Of a DNA stretch of 64,000 bases, positions 49,748 to 61,058 are shown in pieces (positions within the stretch are counted from its first letter, which is position 1; each line of letters starts with the position of its first letter). The DNA comes from Geopsychrobacteraceae bacterium (GTDB taxonomy: Bacteria; Desulfobacterota; Desulfuromonadia; Desulfuromonadales; Geopsychrobacteraceae): assembly GCA_963662315.1 (NCBI GenBank), contig OY759353.1, positions 4,288,001 to 4,352,000 on the forward strand. Direction: 5' to 3'. The position numbers and the translations under genes are program-made. The notes under the pieces are model-generated. The model saw nothing but the letters and a program-made list of their open reading frames with translations, was not told where the DNA came from and ran no database searches.

Positions 49748-50607
49748 TGACTGCGGCACAGCCGTACTTGGAAGGGCGTGGCTGCAGCATCGATTTACGC
49801 CTGCCTGCGATTATGGGCATTCTGAACGTGACCCCGGACAGTTTTTCCGATGGGGGAAGCTTTGTGACACGTGAGTCCATTGTGGCTGGGGCTCTTGCCA
49901 TGCAGGACGCAGGTGCTGCGATAATCGATGTCGGTGGGGAAAGCACCAGACCTGGAGCCCCTGCTGTTTCCGTCACGGAGGAAATTGCGCGGGTTGTTTC
50001 AGCCATCGAATGGATCCGCCAAGAGACAGACCTGCCCATCTCGATTGATACGACGAAATCAGAAGTTGCGCTGGCAGCCATGGCTGTCGGCGCTAACTTT
50101 ATCAATGACATTAGTGGTCTAACCTTCGACCCCAGGATGGTTCAGGTTGCTGTTCAGACTGACGCAGGTCTGTTCCTGATGCACACCCGGGGACGGCCAC
50201 AGGAAATGCAGGCCAATACAGACTATACCGATCTGGTTGGTGAGGTTGTTGCCTTTTTGGAGAACAGTGTCCAGATAGCCGAGCAGGCGGGAATCCCCCG
50301 TCGTAAGATTGGCCTTGATCCGGGTATCGGCTTTGCCAAGGATGTCGATGGGAATTTGATCCTGCTTGGTTCTATGCAACGGTTTCATACCCTTGGGCAT
50401 CCGGTTCTTTTAGGGACCTCACGAAAGAGTTTTATTGGTAAGATAACCGGGCAGGCCGACCCCCGGGACCGGTTGGCCGGAACCTTGGCGACGGTGGCTC
50501 TTGGCGTAGCAGCCGGCGTGCAGTTGTTCAGGGTTCACGATGTTGCTCCGGCACGTGAGGCTGCTTTAGTGGCGTGGGCGATACGCGAAGGGCAGGTGCC
50601 AAGGTGA
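49747..50607 (+). CDS. folP: Dihydropteroate synthase
   Basis: MGILNVTPDSFSDGG, GGESTRPG, LDPGIGF, SRKSF, RVHDV. Confidence 0.96.
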   Translation: MTAAQPYLEGRGCSIDLRLPAIMGILNVTPDSFSDGGSFVTRESIVAGALAMQDAGAAIIDVGGESTRPGAPAVSVTEEIARVVSAIEWIRQETDLPISIDTTKSEVALAAMAVGANFINDISGLTFDPRMVQVAVQTDAGLFLMHTRGRPQEMQANTDYTDLVGEVVAFLENSVQIAEQAGIPRRKIGLDPGIGFAKDVDGNLILLGSMQRFHTLGHPVLLGTSRKSFIGKITGQADPRDRLAGTLATVALGVAAGVQLFRVHDVAPAREAALVAWAIREGQVPR

Positions 50608-50666
50608 TGGCAGCCATGCAGGATTTCCATTTGTTTTCAGGGTGACTCTTTAACTATTAGACAGGC

Positions 50667-51461
50667 GTGACAATGTTCGATGTCTTTTCCAATATCCGCA
50701 TACTCGATATCGTTGACATCTTAATTGTCGCTTTTATTATCTATCGTATTATCCTGTTGATCAAGGGGACGCGGGCGGTTCAGATGCTGCTCGGCTTAGC
50801 CGTCATCTTGGTTGTCTATATGGCTTCCCGGGTCGGCGATCTGCATACTCTCAACTGGTTCCTGAGCAATTTCCTTTCCTCAATAATTCTGGTCATCGTT
50901 GTTATTTTTCAGAATGATATCCGGCGTGCCCTGATGCATGTCGGGCGTAATCCCTTTTTAGGCAGTGCTAACGCCCTTGAAGAATCTGCGGTCATTGACG
51001 AACTGGTAAAGTCTTGTGTCTCGCTGGGAAATCGTAAAATCGGAGCGCTGATCGCTATTGAAAGGGAAACCGGGATCAACGACATTCTTGAGTCCGGAAC
51101 CACAATAGATGCGCGTGTCACCACGGAATTGATTCGGGCGATCTTTATGCCGTCTTCTCCCATTCATGATGGTGCACTGGTACTGCAACAGGGGCGACTG
51201 ACCAAAGCCGGCTGTTTTTTGCCGCTTAGTCAGGGGGCCGAGTTGAATCGCGACCTGGGGACCCGTCACCGTGCGGCAATTGGGCTTACTGAGTTATCGG
51301 ACGCTATTGCCATCATCGTTTCAGAAGAAACGGGCAAGATCTCTGTGGCGGTCAATGGCGGGATCACGCGCAACCTTGATTCTGTCAGCCTTAAAAAAGT
51401 TCTTGGCAGATTGCTGGAGCCACGCAAGGTCAAACTGCACAAGAAAAAGAAGAAGGGATAG
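50667..51461 (+). CDS. cdaA: Diadenylate cyclase CdaA
   Basis: Three TM helices; HDGA and GTRHRAA catalytic motifs; VSEETG. Confidence 0.93.
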   Translation: MTMFDVFSNIRILDIVDILIVAFIIYRIILLIKGTRAVQMLLGLAVILVVYMASRVGDLHTLNWFLSNFLSSIILVIVVIFQNDIRRALMHVGRNPFLGSANALEESAVIDELVKSCVSLGNRKIGALIAIERETGINDILESGTTIDARVTTELIRAIFMPSSPIHDGALVLQQGRLTKAGCFLPLSQGAELNRDLGTRHRAAIGLTELSDAIAIIVSEETGKISVAVNGGITRNLDSVSLKKVLGRLLEPRKVKLHKKKKKG

Positions 51462-51467
51462 ACGGCA

Positions 51468-52178
51468 ATGTTCAAGCTTCTTACTGAAAACTGGACATTG
51501 AAACTGATCTCAATCGTCTTTGCTATCTTGTTGTGGATTTTTATCATGGGGGAGCGGCGTCTGGAGGTTGGTTTTCGCGTTCCATTGGAAATGCAGAATA
51601 TTCCCGCACAACTGATGATCGCCAATGAGGTTCCGAGTTTGGTGGATGTCAGGATCAGTGGGCCACGGACCCTGCTGATGAAAGTCAGTCCCAACGATAT
51701 CAGTATTGTTGTTGATCTGGGTGATCTCAGGCCGGGGTTGACAACCTTCAAGCGCCTGGAAGAACGCTTGAATCTTCCGAGCGGATTGCGCGTGACCAGA
51801 CTTTCCCCTTCCTTTATTGATCTAAAACTGGAACGGATCAAGGAAAAGCTGGTACCGATCAATATCTCATTAACCGGAGAGCCTCTGGCGGGTTTTGAGG
51901 TTGAAAGTGTGCGGGCAGTTCCTGATAAGGTTACCATTGCCGGGGCTGAGACTGAATTGAAAGGGATCAGTGAGGTCAGGACCGAGGATGTTGATCTGTC
52001 CGGCGTCAATGAGGGCTTTTCGGTGATTGTTCCGCTGATTCACAGCGGGACCTACACCTATTTTAAAGATGAAAAAACAACGGATGTTCAAGTCGGTGTG
52101 CGGGCTGTAGAGGCAGCTCCTGAAATGATAAATGAAGGTGGGCTGCCAGGATCGCAGCCTGTAGAAGGGGTGAAATGA
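51468..52178 (+). CDS. cdaR: CdaR/YbbR-like regulator
   Basis: [16 protein letters not shown] anchor, YbbR-type domains, located between cdaA and glmM. Confidence 0.85.
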   Translation: MFKLLTENWTLKLISIVFAILLWIFIMGERRLEVGFRVPLEMQNIPAQLMIANEVPSLVDVRISGPRTLLMKVSPNDISIVVDLGDLRPGLTTFKRLEERLNLPSGLRVTRLSPSFIDLKLERIKEKLVPINISLTGEPLAGFEVESVRAVPDKVTIAGAETELKGISEVRTEDVDLSGVNEGFSVIVPLIHSGTYTYFKDEKTTDVQVGVRAVEAAPEMINEGGLPGSQPVEGVK

Positions 52179-53542
52179 TGTCCAAAGAGAAAAAGCTGTT
52201 TGGCACCGACGGTGTCCGTGGTGTTGCGAATATTGAACCGATGACAACTGAAATGGCCATGCAGCTTGGCCGTGCAGCTGCTTTTGTATTTAAAAAAGAT
52301 AACAACCGCCGTCATCGGATCGTGATCGGTAAAGATACCCGCCTGTCAGGGTACATGCTTGAAAATGCCCTGGTGGCCGGTATCTGTTCCATGGGGGTCG
52401 ATGTGCTTCTGGTGGGGCCGTTACCCACTCCGGGCATTGCCTTTATAACCTCTTCCATGAGGGCTGACGCCGGCGTGGTTATCAGTGCTTCACATAACCC
52501 CTATCAGGATAACGGGATCAAGTTCTTTTCCAATAATGGATTTAAATTACCCGACAAGCTGGAACTGGAGATTGAAGAACTCATTCTCAATCATCGTCTT
52601 GATGAATTACGGCCTATCGCCGATGAGGTCGGCAAAGCTTACCGGATTGATGATGCCATTGGGCGATATGTCGTCTTTTTGAAGAACTCCTTTCCCAAAG
52701 AGCTGGATCTGCAGGGGCTGAGAATTGTCCTTGATTGTGCTAACGGGGCCGGTTATAAGGTTGCTCCTGCAGTGCTGACGGAGCTTGGTGCCGAGGTGAT
52801 TCCTATCGGGGTTAAACCGGACGGGACCAATATCAACGAGGGGTGCGGATCATTATATCCCGATGTTATGGCCGAGAAAGTCAAAGAATATCGGGCTGAC
52901 CTCGGCATCGCTCTGGATGGGGATGCGGATCGGGTCATTTTCGTCGATGAAAAAGGGCGCGAGGTTGATGGTGATCATATTATGGCCTTGTGCGGCGTGG
53001 AAATGATCAAGACCGGTACCCTGGAGAAGAATACGGTTGTCGCCACCGTCATGAGTAACATGGGGCTGGATATTGCAATGAAAAAGGCTGGCGGCAAGGT
53101 TGTGCGTACCGGGGTTGGTGATCGTTATGTTGTCGAAGAGATGGTCAAAAATGGTTACAACCTTGGCGGCGAACAGTCTGGGCACATGATCTTTTTGGAT
53201 CATAATACGACTGGCGATGGCATTCTTTCCGCGTTGCAGGTGCTGGCCATTATTCAGAAAAGTGGAAAAAAGTTATCCGAGCTGGCCAAGGTGATGACAT
53301 CGCTGCCCCAGGTGTTGGTTAATGCCCGGGTCAGGAAAAAAGCCGATCTGCAGGATATTGCTCCGATTAAAAAGGTGATCGATGAGGTCGAGGCAGAGCT
53401 CGGAGATAAGGGGCGTGTGCTGATCCGTTATTCCGGCACTGAACCCCTATTAAGGATTATGCTGGAAGGGGAATGCCAGGATCGCATCGCGGTCCTGGCC
53501 GATCAACTGGCCGATAGCGTTCGCGAACACATCGGGGCCTGA
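52175..53542 (+). CDS. glmM: Phosphoglucosamine mutase
   Basis: [35 protein letters not shown]. Confidence 0.96.
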   Translation: MMSKEKKLFGTDGVRGVANIEPMTTEMAMQLGRAAAFVFKKDNNRRHRIVIGKDTRLSGYMLENALVAGICSMGVDVLLVGPLPTPGIAFITSSMRADAGVVISASHNPYQDNGIKFFSNNGFKLPDKLELEIEELILNHRLDELRPIADEVGKAYRIDDAIGRYVVFLKNSFPKELDLQGLRIVLDCANGAGYKVAPAVLTELGAEVIPIGVKPDGTNINEGCGSLYPDVMAEKVKEYRADLGIALDGDADRVIFVDEKGREVDGDHIMALCGVEMIKTGTLEKNTVVATVMSNMGLDIAMKKAGGKVVRTGVGDRYVVEEMVKNGYNLGGEQSGHMIFLDHNTTGDGILSALQVLAIIQKSGKKLSELAKVMTSLPQVLVNARVRKKADLQDIAPIKKVIDEVEAELGDKGRVLIRYSGTEPLLRIMLEGECQDRIAVLADQLADSVREHIGA

Positions 53543-53576
53543 TTTCCTAAATTTTGTAAAGACTATGGAGTGAACT

Positions 53577-54293
53577 GTGGCAAAACTAGGCGTAAACGTT
53601 GATCATATTGCAACCATCCGGCAGGCCCGGGGAGTCAGTGAACCGGATCCTGTGACTGCGGCGGCCATTGCCGAGCTGGCGGGAGCCGATGGGATAACGG
53701 TACATTTGCGGGAAGATCGCAGGCATATTCAGGATCGAGACGTAGAGATCCTGCGTAAAACAGTTAAGACCAGACTTAACCTCGAAATGGCCCTGACCGA
53801 TGAAATGGTTGCCATCGCTCTGAGGGTATTGCCCGATTCTGTGACCCTGGTCCCGGAGGGGCGTCATGAACTGACTACTGAAGGCGGACTTGATGTCTGT
53901 TTGCTGCAGTCTACTCTCAAAGAGAAGATTAGCCTGATGCGCCAGGCCGGTATCGTTGTCAGTCTCTTTATTGAGCCTGACATTGATCAGATTAAAGCCA
54001 GTCACAGAGTCGGAGCAGACTATATCGAAATTCACACCGGTACCTACTGTGACGCCCGAATTTCGGCAGAGCGGAACCTGCAATTGCAACGGATCGAAAT
54101 GGCCGTCAGTGCGGCACGCAAACTGGGCCTTGGTGTAAACGCCGGGCATGGTCTTGATTATCGAAATATCGCGCCGGTTGTCGCCTTAAAAGGGATTGAG
54201 GAGTTCAATATCGGGCACAGCATTATCTCCCGTGCCGCTTTGGTTGGTATGGACCAGGCGGTGCGTGAAATGATCGCCTTGATAAAGGGGTAG
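53577..54293 (+). CDS. pdxJ: Pyridoxine 5'-phosphate synthase
   Basis: [44 protein letters not shown]. Confidence 0.96.
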   Translation: MAKLGVNVDHIATIRQARGVSEPDPVTAAAIAELAGADGITVHLREDRRHIQDRDVEILRKTVKTRLNLEMALTDEMVAIALRVLPDSVTLVPEGRHELTTEGGLDVCLLQSTLKEKISLMRQAGIVVSLFIEPDIDQIKASHRVGADYIEIHTGTYCDARISAERNLQLQRIEMAVSAARKLGLGVNAGHGLDYRNIAPVVALKGIEEFNIGHSIISRAALVGMDQAVREMIALIKG

Positions 54294-54297
54294 TTGG

Positions 54298-54675
54298 TTG
54301 GCCATTATCGGGATCGGAACAGACCTGGCTCGGATTGAGCGTTTTCGTAAATTTCTTACTCCTGATAACAAATTTCTGGAGCGGGTCTACTCTTGTGAAG
54401 AACGTGAATATGCCTTTGTCAAGCGCGATCCAGCTCCCCATCTGGCAGCACGTTTTGCAGCCAAAGAAGCGTTTTTAAAAGCGCTTGGTACAGGGTTACG
54501 CGATGGTTTGACCTGGCAGCAGGTTGTAGTGGTGCGGGACGAACTGGGTTGTCCGTCATTACAGGTCAGCGGCAGGGCGGCGCAGTTGATGGCTGAGCGA
54601 GGGGCGAAATCAGCATTTCTCAGCTACTCGCATGACGGAGAGTATGCGGTGGCGACAGTTGTACTGGAGGCCTGA
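54298..54675 (+). CDS. acpS: Holo-ACP synthase
   Basis: GIGTD, RFAAKEAFLKALGTG, SYSHD. Confidence 0.94.
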   Translation: MAIIGIGTDLARIERFRKFLTPDNKFLERVYSCEEREYAFVKRDPAPHLAARFAAKEAFLKALGTGLRDGLTWQQVVVVRDELGCPSLQVSGRAAQLMAERGAKSAFLSYSHDGEYAVATVVLEA

Positions 54676-56240
54676 TGAAACTTTGCACTGCTGCTGAAAT
54701 GGTTGCTCTGGACCAGGGGGCGATAAAAACTTTGGGGATCCCGGGAGCTGTGCTCATGGAAAATGCCGGCCGCGCTTGTTGCCGGTATTTTAATAAACAG
54801 TTCAAGGCGAGGTTCCCCGGCCCGGTTCTGATTGTTTGCGGCAAGGGAAATAATGGCGGTGATGGCTATGTTATGGCCCGCATTCTTGCCGACCAAGGGT
54901 GGCAGGTCCATACTCTGGTACTGGCCAGTCGAGACGATATCAGCGGTGATGCCCGGATCATGCTTGATATTGCCGAGGCCATGGGGTTGGCGGTGAGTTA
55001 CTGTGAAGATGAAGCGCAAAGCAGGACGTTTTTTTCGCAAATCTCGCCTGGTATCGTGGTAGATGCCATATTTGGAACCGGTCTGAGTTCAGAAGTACGT
55101 GGACTGCAGGATACCCTTATCGGTTTGATAAATGATTCTTCTGCCGCGGTTTTTTCCGTAGATATCCCTTCCGGAGTCGACGGTTCAAGCGGGCGTATCT
55201 GTGGCCGCGCTGTGCGTGCCGATCTGACAGTAACCTTTGCTCAGGCTAAAATAGGCCATGGGTCTCAGCCGGGTGCCGAATACTGTGGCCGTCTCGAGGT
55301 GGTTGATATTGGTATCCCGTTCATGGATCGGGTTGATTTTGCCAGTCAAACACGCCTGATTGACAAAGATGAAGCTGCGAACCTGCTTCCAGAACGACCA
55401 ATTAGTGGTCATAAGGGAACGTTTGGTCACGCCTTGATTATTGGCGGGGCTCCCGGCAAGAGTGGCGCTGCTGCTTTAGCCGGGAGTGCTGCCGGGCGCA
55501 GTGGTTGCGGCTTGGTCACAGTTGCCACACCGGCCTCAGTTCATGATATTATTGAAGTTAAGCTGACCGAGGTAATGAGTGCTCCGCTGGCAACGGATGC
55601 AACGGGTCTCATCGCTAGAGGGGCCATAGAACAACTGCCTGAGCTGATTGCCGGAAGGCAGGTTGTTGCCTTCGGCCCCGGCGTTGGCCAGAGCGCAGAA
55701 TTGGGTGATGTTCTGGAGTGGCTGCTGTCTTATGTCCAGGTTCCCGTTGTTATCGATGCCGACGGCCTGAACCTGCTGGCACAACGCCCGGAGCTTCTGA
55801 CCCGGACTCGCAGGCCGCCGCTAATTCTGACCCCTCATCCTGGGGAAATGGCTAGACTCAGTGGACTGAGTGTTGCAGAGATTCAAAGCGGGCGATACGA
55901 GATCGCCCGAGAGTTTGCCGTTAAGAACCGTGTCGTATTATTGTTAAAAGGCATGCGCACCATCATTGCTGCTCCCGATGGCCGTATCAATATTAACGCA
56001 AGTGGTTGTGACGCGTTGGCCAGTGGTGGCAGTGGTGATGTCCTGACTGGCCTGATCGCCGGACTGGTAGCGCAGGGCCTTGAAAGTTTTGAAGCTGCAA
56101 CTCTCGGAGCCTGGCTGCATGGCCGGTCAGCAGAGTCTGCCGCACAGCTTCATGGCAATGCAGGAGTTATCGCTTCTGATCTGATCTCCTGGTTGCCGCA
56201 AACACGTCATGAACTAGCAAAAGGAGGCTCTATATGCTGA
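54675..56240 (+). CDS. nnr: Bifunctional NAD(P)H-hydrate epimerase/dehydratase
   Basis: LMENAG, GKGNNGGDG, DAIFGTG, HKGTFG, DADGLN, TPHPGE, GSGDVL. Confidence 0.94.
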   Translation: MKLCTAAEMVALDQGAIKTLGIPGAVLMENAGRACCRYFNKQFKARFPGPVLIVCGKGNNGGDGYVMARILADQGWQVHTLVLASRDDISGDARIMLDIAEAMGLAVSYCEDEAQSRTFFSQISPGIVVDAIFGTGLSSEVRGLQDTLIGLINDSSAAVFSVDIPSGVDGSSGRICGRAVRADLTVTFAQAKIGHGSQPGAEYCGRLEVVDIGIPFMDRVDFASQTRLIDKDEAANLLPERPISGHKGTFGHALIIGGAPGKSGAAALAGSAAGRSGCGLVTVATPASVHDIIEVKLTEVMSAPLATDATGLIARGAIEQLPELIAGRQVVAFGPGVGQSAELGDVLEWLLSYVQVPVVIDADGLNLLAQRPELLTRTRRPPLILTPHPGEMARLSGLSVAEIQSGRYEIAREFAVKNRVVLLLKGMRTIIAAPDGRININASGCDALASGGSGDVLTGLIAGLVAQGLESFEAATLGAWLHGRSAESAAQLHGNAGVIASDLISWLPQTRHELAKGGSIC

Positions 56241-56683
56241 CTGCCCGGGAAATCATGACCACCAATGTTGTCTCTGTGACCACAGAAACCAGTCTGAAAG
56301 ATGTGGCACGCATTTTTGTTGAAACCAATTACAGCAATCTGCCGGTGCTCGATTCAGAGAAGCGTCTCGTCGGAGTTATCAGTGAAACGGATCTGGTCGA
56401 ACAGCAGAAACCATTACACATTCCTACGGTTGTTGCGTTACTTGACGGGGTTTTTTATCTGGACAGTGAAAAGCGTTTTAAGGAAGAAGTTGCACGTGTC
56501 ACTGCAACCCTGGTTGGCGAGCTTCTTGATCATAAATTGGTGACCTGTGCCCCTGATGATACGATACGTGACCTCGCCGGATTGATGAGTAAGCATAAGG
56601 TTCATCTGCTTCCGGTTGTCGAGGATGATCATATGATCGGGGTCGTTGCCAGACTGGATCTGATCAAGGCGATGGAGGCCTGA
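56234..56683 (+). CDS. CBS-pair protein
   Basis: Two CBS repeats (AREIMTTNVVSV...LPVLD...GVISETDL; LPVVE...GVVARLDLI). Confidence 0.9.
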   Translation: MLTAREIMTTNVVSVTTETSLKDVARIFVETNYSNLPVLDSEKRLVGVISETDLVEQQKPLHIPTVVALLDGVFYLDSEKRFKEEVARVTATLVGELLDHKLVTCAPDDTIRDLAGLMSKHKVHLLPVVEDDHMIGVVARLDLIKAMEA

Positions 56684-56686
56684 ATT

Positions 56687-57181
56687 TTGAATAAATGGGT
56701 GTATATCAGCAACGCCGAAGAACAGACCCAGCAGTTGGGCTATGCTCTGGGGGCATTGTTTGATAGTCCTGCTCTGATTTTGTTGCGGGGTGATCTTGGG
56801 GCTGGTAAGTCTGTTTTTGCTCGGGGGGTTGCGCGTGGTTTGGGGATTGATCCGCAGATCCCGGTAACCAGCCCCACGTTTACCCTGATGAATCAATATC
56901 AAGGCCGACTTGACCTCTATCATTTTGATTTGTACCGTCTCGGTGATGTTGACGAATTGATTGACATTGGTTTTGAGGACTATGCCTTCGGGCGTGGCGT
57001 AGCACTGGTCGAATGGCCCGATAAAATGGAAGATGAACACGCCCCGGGACTATGGTTGACGATTACGCGGATTGATGAATCACAGCGGCGTTTGGAGTTT
57101 GTTGCCACTGATGCGCGTCATGAGCTCATTTTGAGACAGTTGAAAGCAAAAGTGCAACCTGAAAATACTGTTGAAAATTAG
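56687..57181 (+). CDS. tsaE: t6A biosynthesis ATPase TsaE
   Basis: GDLGAGKS, VTSPTF, HFDLYRL, VEW. Confidence 0.93.
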   Translation: MNKWVYISNAEEQTQQLGYALGALFDSPALILLRGDLGAGKSVFARGVARGLGIDPQIPVTSPTFTLMNQYQGRLDLYHFDLYRLGDVDELIDIGFEDYAFGRGVALVEWPDKMEDEHAPGLWLTITRIDESQRRLEFVATDARHELILRQLKAKVQPENTVEN

Positions 57182-57312
57182 TAAGAAAGCTGACTTTTTT
57201 CTGAAAACCACTTGCTATTATTCGAGGATTTCCCGAATATAAAGTCTTTATAAATGCCGATGAATATAGACTGTGTTCATCGGTTTTTCCTGATAAGGAG
57301 GATTGTACTGTT

Positions 57313-58545
57313 ATGGCTTTGGTAGTACAGAAATACGGCGGGACATCGGTGGGGACGGTCGAACGGATCCGCAATGTTGCACGCCGGGTTGCCAAAACAT
57401 TCGATGACGGGAATGATGTGGTAGTCATTGTTTCAGCAATGGCTGGAGAAACCAACCGTCTCGTTGCTCTTGCCGAGGAAGTGTGCGAATTTCCCAATGA
57501 GCGTGAATATGATGTTCTGGTATCAACGGGAGAACAGGTCACTATTGCTCTGTTGTCAATGTGCCTGCAATCAATGGGGTATAATGCCAAAAGTTACCTG
57601 GGGTCTCAGATTCCGCTGGTCACTGATAAAGCCCATGCTAAGGCACGGATTAAAAACATTGACGATAAGAAAATCCGTGAAGATCTGAAGAGCGGGACTA
57701 TTATCGTTGTTGCCGGTTTTCAGGGCACCGATGGAGAAGGAAATATCACCACTCTCGGTCGCGGTGGTTCAGACACGTCGGCTGTTGCCGTTGCGGCAGC
57801 ATTGAAAGCGGATGTTTGTGAAATTTACACCGATGTCGACGGCGTTTATACGACCGATCCGCGGATGGTTCCGGAAGCACGCAAGATCGAGAAGATCTCT
57901 TATGAGGAAATGCTCGAGATGGCATCTCTGGGTGCCAAGATCCTGCAAATCCGTAGTGTTGAATTTGCCAAAAAATACAACGTTGTTGTTCATGTGCGTT
58001 CCAGTTTTGATGATACTCCTGGTACGCTGGTTATGAAGGAGGATAATGAAATGGAATCTGTAATGGTTTCCGGTATTGCATATAATAAAGATGAAGCCAA
58101 AATCAGTATATTCGGTGTTCCCGATCATCCAGGCATCGCAGCACAGATCTTTACGCCTTTGAGCAGCAACAATATTACTGTTGATATGATTATCCAGAAT
58201 ATCTCCCACGAAGGTGCAACCGATATGACCTTTACCGTGCCTAAGGGTGATTGTAAAAAGGCGGTCCAGATTGTTGAAGAGATTGCTTCGAAAATCGGCG
58301 CACGTGGGGTCAGCAGTGATTTGAATATCTCCAAGGTATCGATCATCGGTGTCGGTATGCGTTCCCACTCAGGTGTGGCCAGTACCATGTTTGAAACCTT
58401 GTCCCGTGAAGGGATTAATATTGAAATGATTTCAACCAGTGAAATTAAGGTTTCCTGTGTTATCAACTCCAAGTATACAGAGTTGGCCGTACGCGTTTTG
58501 CACGAAGCTTTCGGCCTGGACAAAAAAGAAGCTGAAGAGCACTGA
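57313..58545 (+). CDS. lysC: Aspartate kinase
   Basis: [32 protein letters not shown], two ACT domains. Confidence 0.95.
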   Translation: MALVVQKYGGTSVGTVERIRNVARRVAKTFDDGNDVVVIVSAMAGETNRLVALAEEVCEFPNEREYDVLVSTGEQVTIALLSMCLQSMGYNAKSYLGSQIPLVTDKAHAKARIKNIDDKKIREDLKSGTIIVVAGFQGTDGEGNITTLGRGGSDTSAVAVAAALKADVCEIYTDVDGVYTTDPRMVPEARKIEKISYEEMLEMASLGAKILQIRSVEFAKKYNVVVHVRSSFDDTPGTLVMKEDNEMESVMVSGIAYNKDEAKISIFGVPDHPGIAAQIFTPLSSNNITVDMIIQNISHEGATDMTFTVPKGDCKKAVQIVEEIASKIGARGVSSDLNISKVSIIGVGMRSHSGVASTMFETLSREGINIEMISTSEIKVSCVINSKYTELAVRVLHEAFGLDKKEAEEH

Positions 58546-58612
58546 TTGCCGGTTCAGTGCCCCGCCTCGCAGCAGTTAATGCGAGGCAGGGCACAAGGAG
58601 AACAGACACTTC

Positions 58613-60181
58613 ATGACAAGGATCTACCTTTACGATACCACCTTAAGAGACGGCACCCAGGCCGAAGATATCTCATTTCAGATTCAGGATAAATTACGGA
58701 TAGCCAAGCGGCTTGATGATATCGGAATTGATTATATTGAGGGCGGGTGGCCCGGTTCCAATCCGAAAGATATTGGTTTTTTTAAAGCGATAAAATCCGA
58801 AAAGCTGAGCCACAGTAAAATTGCGGCATTCGGGTCAACACGGCGGGCGCGAATAACTCCGGCTGAGGATAATAATATCCAGATGCTGCTGGAGGCAGAA
58901 CCGGATGTTGTGACCATATTCGGCAAAACCTGGGATTTTCACGTCACTGAAGCTCTAAGAATCTCTCTGGATGAAAATCTGGAACTTATAAATGACTCTC
59001 TGGTTTATCTGAAACAGTGGCTGCCAGAAGTGATTTATGATGCCGAACATTTCTTCGATGGCTATAAAAACAACCCGGAATATGCGCTTCAGACGCTGAT
59101 TGCTGCGGCTGAAGCAAAAGTGAATTGTATCGTTCTGTGCGACACCAATGGCGGGACTTTGCCTCACGAAATTCCGCCCATTCTGGAAGCTGTAAAGCAG
59201 GCCATCTCCGTACCGATCGGTATTCATGCCCATAATGACAGTGAATGTGCCGTTGCCAATTCTCTTATTGCCGTAACCTGTGGTGCCGTGCATGTCCAGG
59301 GAACCATTAATGGTTTTGGAGAGCGTTGTGGCAACGCAAATCTATGTTCAATTATCCCGGCCCTGCAATTGAAATTAGGGAATCAGGTTCTGGGCGATGA
59401 TCAACTCAAATACATGCGGAAGACCTCGCGTTTTGTTTACGAGCTTGCCAATCTGGTGCCCAATAAACATCAGGCCTATGTGGGCAATTCCGCCTTTGCT
59501 CATAAAGGAGGAGTCCATGTTTCCGCGATTCAACGCCATCCCGAAACGTATGAACATATCCGGCCTGAGAGCGTAGGGAATCGTACCAGGGTTCTGGTTT
59601 CAGATCTTTCCGGACGGGCTAATATCCTTGCCAAGGCTGAAGAATGTGGGCTTCAGTTGGACAGTCAAGATCCTGTCACGCTGGAAATTCTGGAAAAGAT
59701 CAAGGATATGGAAAACAGTGGCTTTCAGTTTGAAGGTGCTGAAGCCTCTTTTGAGTTACTTATGCTTAAAGAGATGGGTCGACTCAAGCATTACTTCACA
59801 GTAACCGCTTTCCGCGTTATTGATACGCTGCCTGAGTGTGATAAAGATCCGGTCAGTGAAGCGACCATCAAGGTCAAGGTAGGGGGCAAGGTTGAGCATA
59901 CCGCAGCAGATGGAAATGGCCCGGTTAATGCGCTTGATAAGGCTTTGCGTAAAGGATTGATCAATTTTTATCCTCAGATTGGCGATGTTAAACTGCTTGA
60001 CTACAAAGTCCGTGTGCTTCCGGCAAGCCGCGGGACAGATTCCGTTATTAGAGTGCTGGTCGAGTCAGGAGATGATGATGGGCGTTGGGGAACCGTTGGT
60101 GTCAGCACTAACGTGATAGACGCTTCGTATCAGGCGGTAGCAGATTCTTTGATCTACAAGTTATACAAGGATAGCCTATAA
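58613..60181 (+). CDS. cimA: Citramalate synthase
   Basis: [42 protein letters not shown]. Confidence 0.9.
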   Translation: MTRIYLYDTTLRDGTQAEDISFQIQDKLRIAKRLDDIGIDYIEGGWPGSNPKDIGFFKAIKSEKLSHSKIAAFGSTRRARITPAEDNNIQMLLEAEPDVVTIFGKTWDFHVTEALRISLDENLELINDSLVYLKQWLPEVIYDAEHFFDGYKNNPEYALQTLIAAAEAKVNCIVLCDTNGGTLPHEIPPILEAVKQAISVPIGIHAHNDSECAVANSLIAVTCGAVHVQGTINGFGERCGNANLCSIIPALQLKLGNQVLGDDQLKYMRKTSRFVYELANLVPNKHQAYVGNSAFAHKGGVHVSAIQRHPETYEHIRPESVGNRTRVLVSDLSGRANILAKAEECGLQLDSQDPVTLEILEKIKDMENSGFQFEGAEASFELLMLKEMGRLKHYFTVTAFRVIDTLPECDKDPVSEATIKVKVGGKVEHTAADGNGPVNALDKALRKGLINFYPQIGDVKLLDYKVRVLPASRGTDSVIRVLVESGDDDGRWGTVGVSTNVIDASYQAVADSLIYKLYKDSL

Positions 60182-60580
60182 TTTTTTTGATCGGCTTGAA
60201 GAGCGTTTCTTTCACCGTTTCGGGCTTAATTTATCAACCGGCAGGTTTTTATCGTCTGCCGGTTGACTGCTTTTTGCAGTTCAATTCTTATCTAGCGTCA
60301 AAAAATAAACGGTTCATTCTGTTTCGTCAGAATATTGACGAATCTGCTTTTGTCAGCTTTTTTCACAGCCCCCATTTCAAATGTCCGTAAAAAAACATAA
60401 AATAAAGTTTATTTTTTGCTGACTCGCCAAAATAATGACGATCAATTTCTGCTATCATTGCTGGACGGTTGGCTATAAGCATAAAAATAGTGTCTAAGCG
60501 TGTTGTTTTTGATGTGTAACTTGCTGAATATACGAAGTTTATAAGCAGTATTTTGAAATGTGGTGATTTTTTTTCTGCTT

Positions 60581-60596
60581 TTGGCATGTGATATGA
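60581..60596 (+). promoter_or_regulatory. Possible sigma54 promoter (variant -12 GA)
   Basis: TTGGCATGTGATATGA (GG-N10-GA), with upstream CGTCA-N6-TGACG palindromes. Confidence 0.45.
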
Positions 60597-60661
60597 AAGG
60601 CTTCTTTGCAGCGCTTTATAATTGTACGTCTTGTCAAGTATACAGCCACAGGAGGTGTCAC

Positions 60662-60817
60662 ATGAAATGTCCAAAATGTAAGGGAAGGATGTATTCAGAA
60701 AAGTACTACGATTTTGTCAGAGCTTTTGATGCATGGAAGTGCAGCGTTTGCGGAGAAGTTGTAGATCCGGTGATTCTGGCAAACAGGACGCGCAGTAAGA
60801 CACACGAAATTTCTTGA
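60662..60817 (+). CDS. Small (51 aa) zinc-ribbon protein
   Basis: GGAGG RBS; MKCPKCKGRMYSEKYYDFVRAFDAWKCSVCGEVVDPVILANR with two CxxC motifs. Confidence 0.8.
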   Translation: MKCPKCKGRMYSEKYYDFVRAFDAWKCSVCGEVVDPVILANRTRSKTHEIS

Positions 60818-60849
60818 TAACTCTTGAATAATGAACCGTAAATACTTTA

Positions 60850-60877
60850 AGGCCGGGTTTCTCCCCGGCCTTTTTTA
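60850..60877 (+). terminator. Intrinsic terminator
   Basis: aaggccggg...cccggcctt plus T-run. Confidence 0.78.
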
Positions 60878-61058
60878 TTGGGATGTTACCAACGCAGTGA
60901 AGCGTTAGCATTCGGCTGGAGGCCGTGATTACCTAGATGGCGTGGTTAAAATGAAGACACCGTCTTAAATGAGTTGTATTTATAAAGCAAATGTGAATAA
61001 TGTCGACAATCGACAAATAGAAGGCTGTTAACTTTATATATCAGGCGAGGAGTTAATA

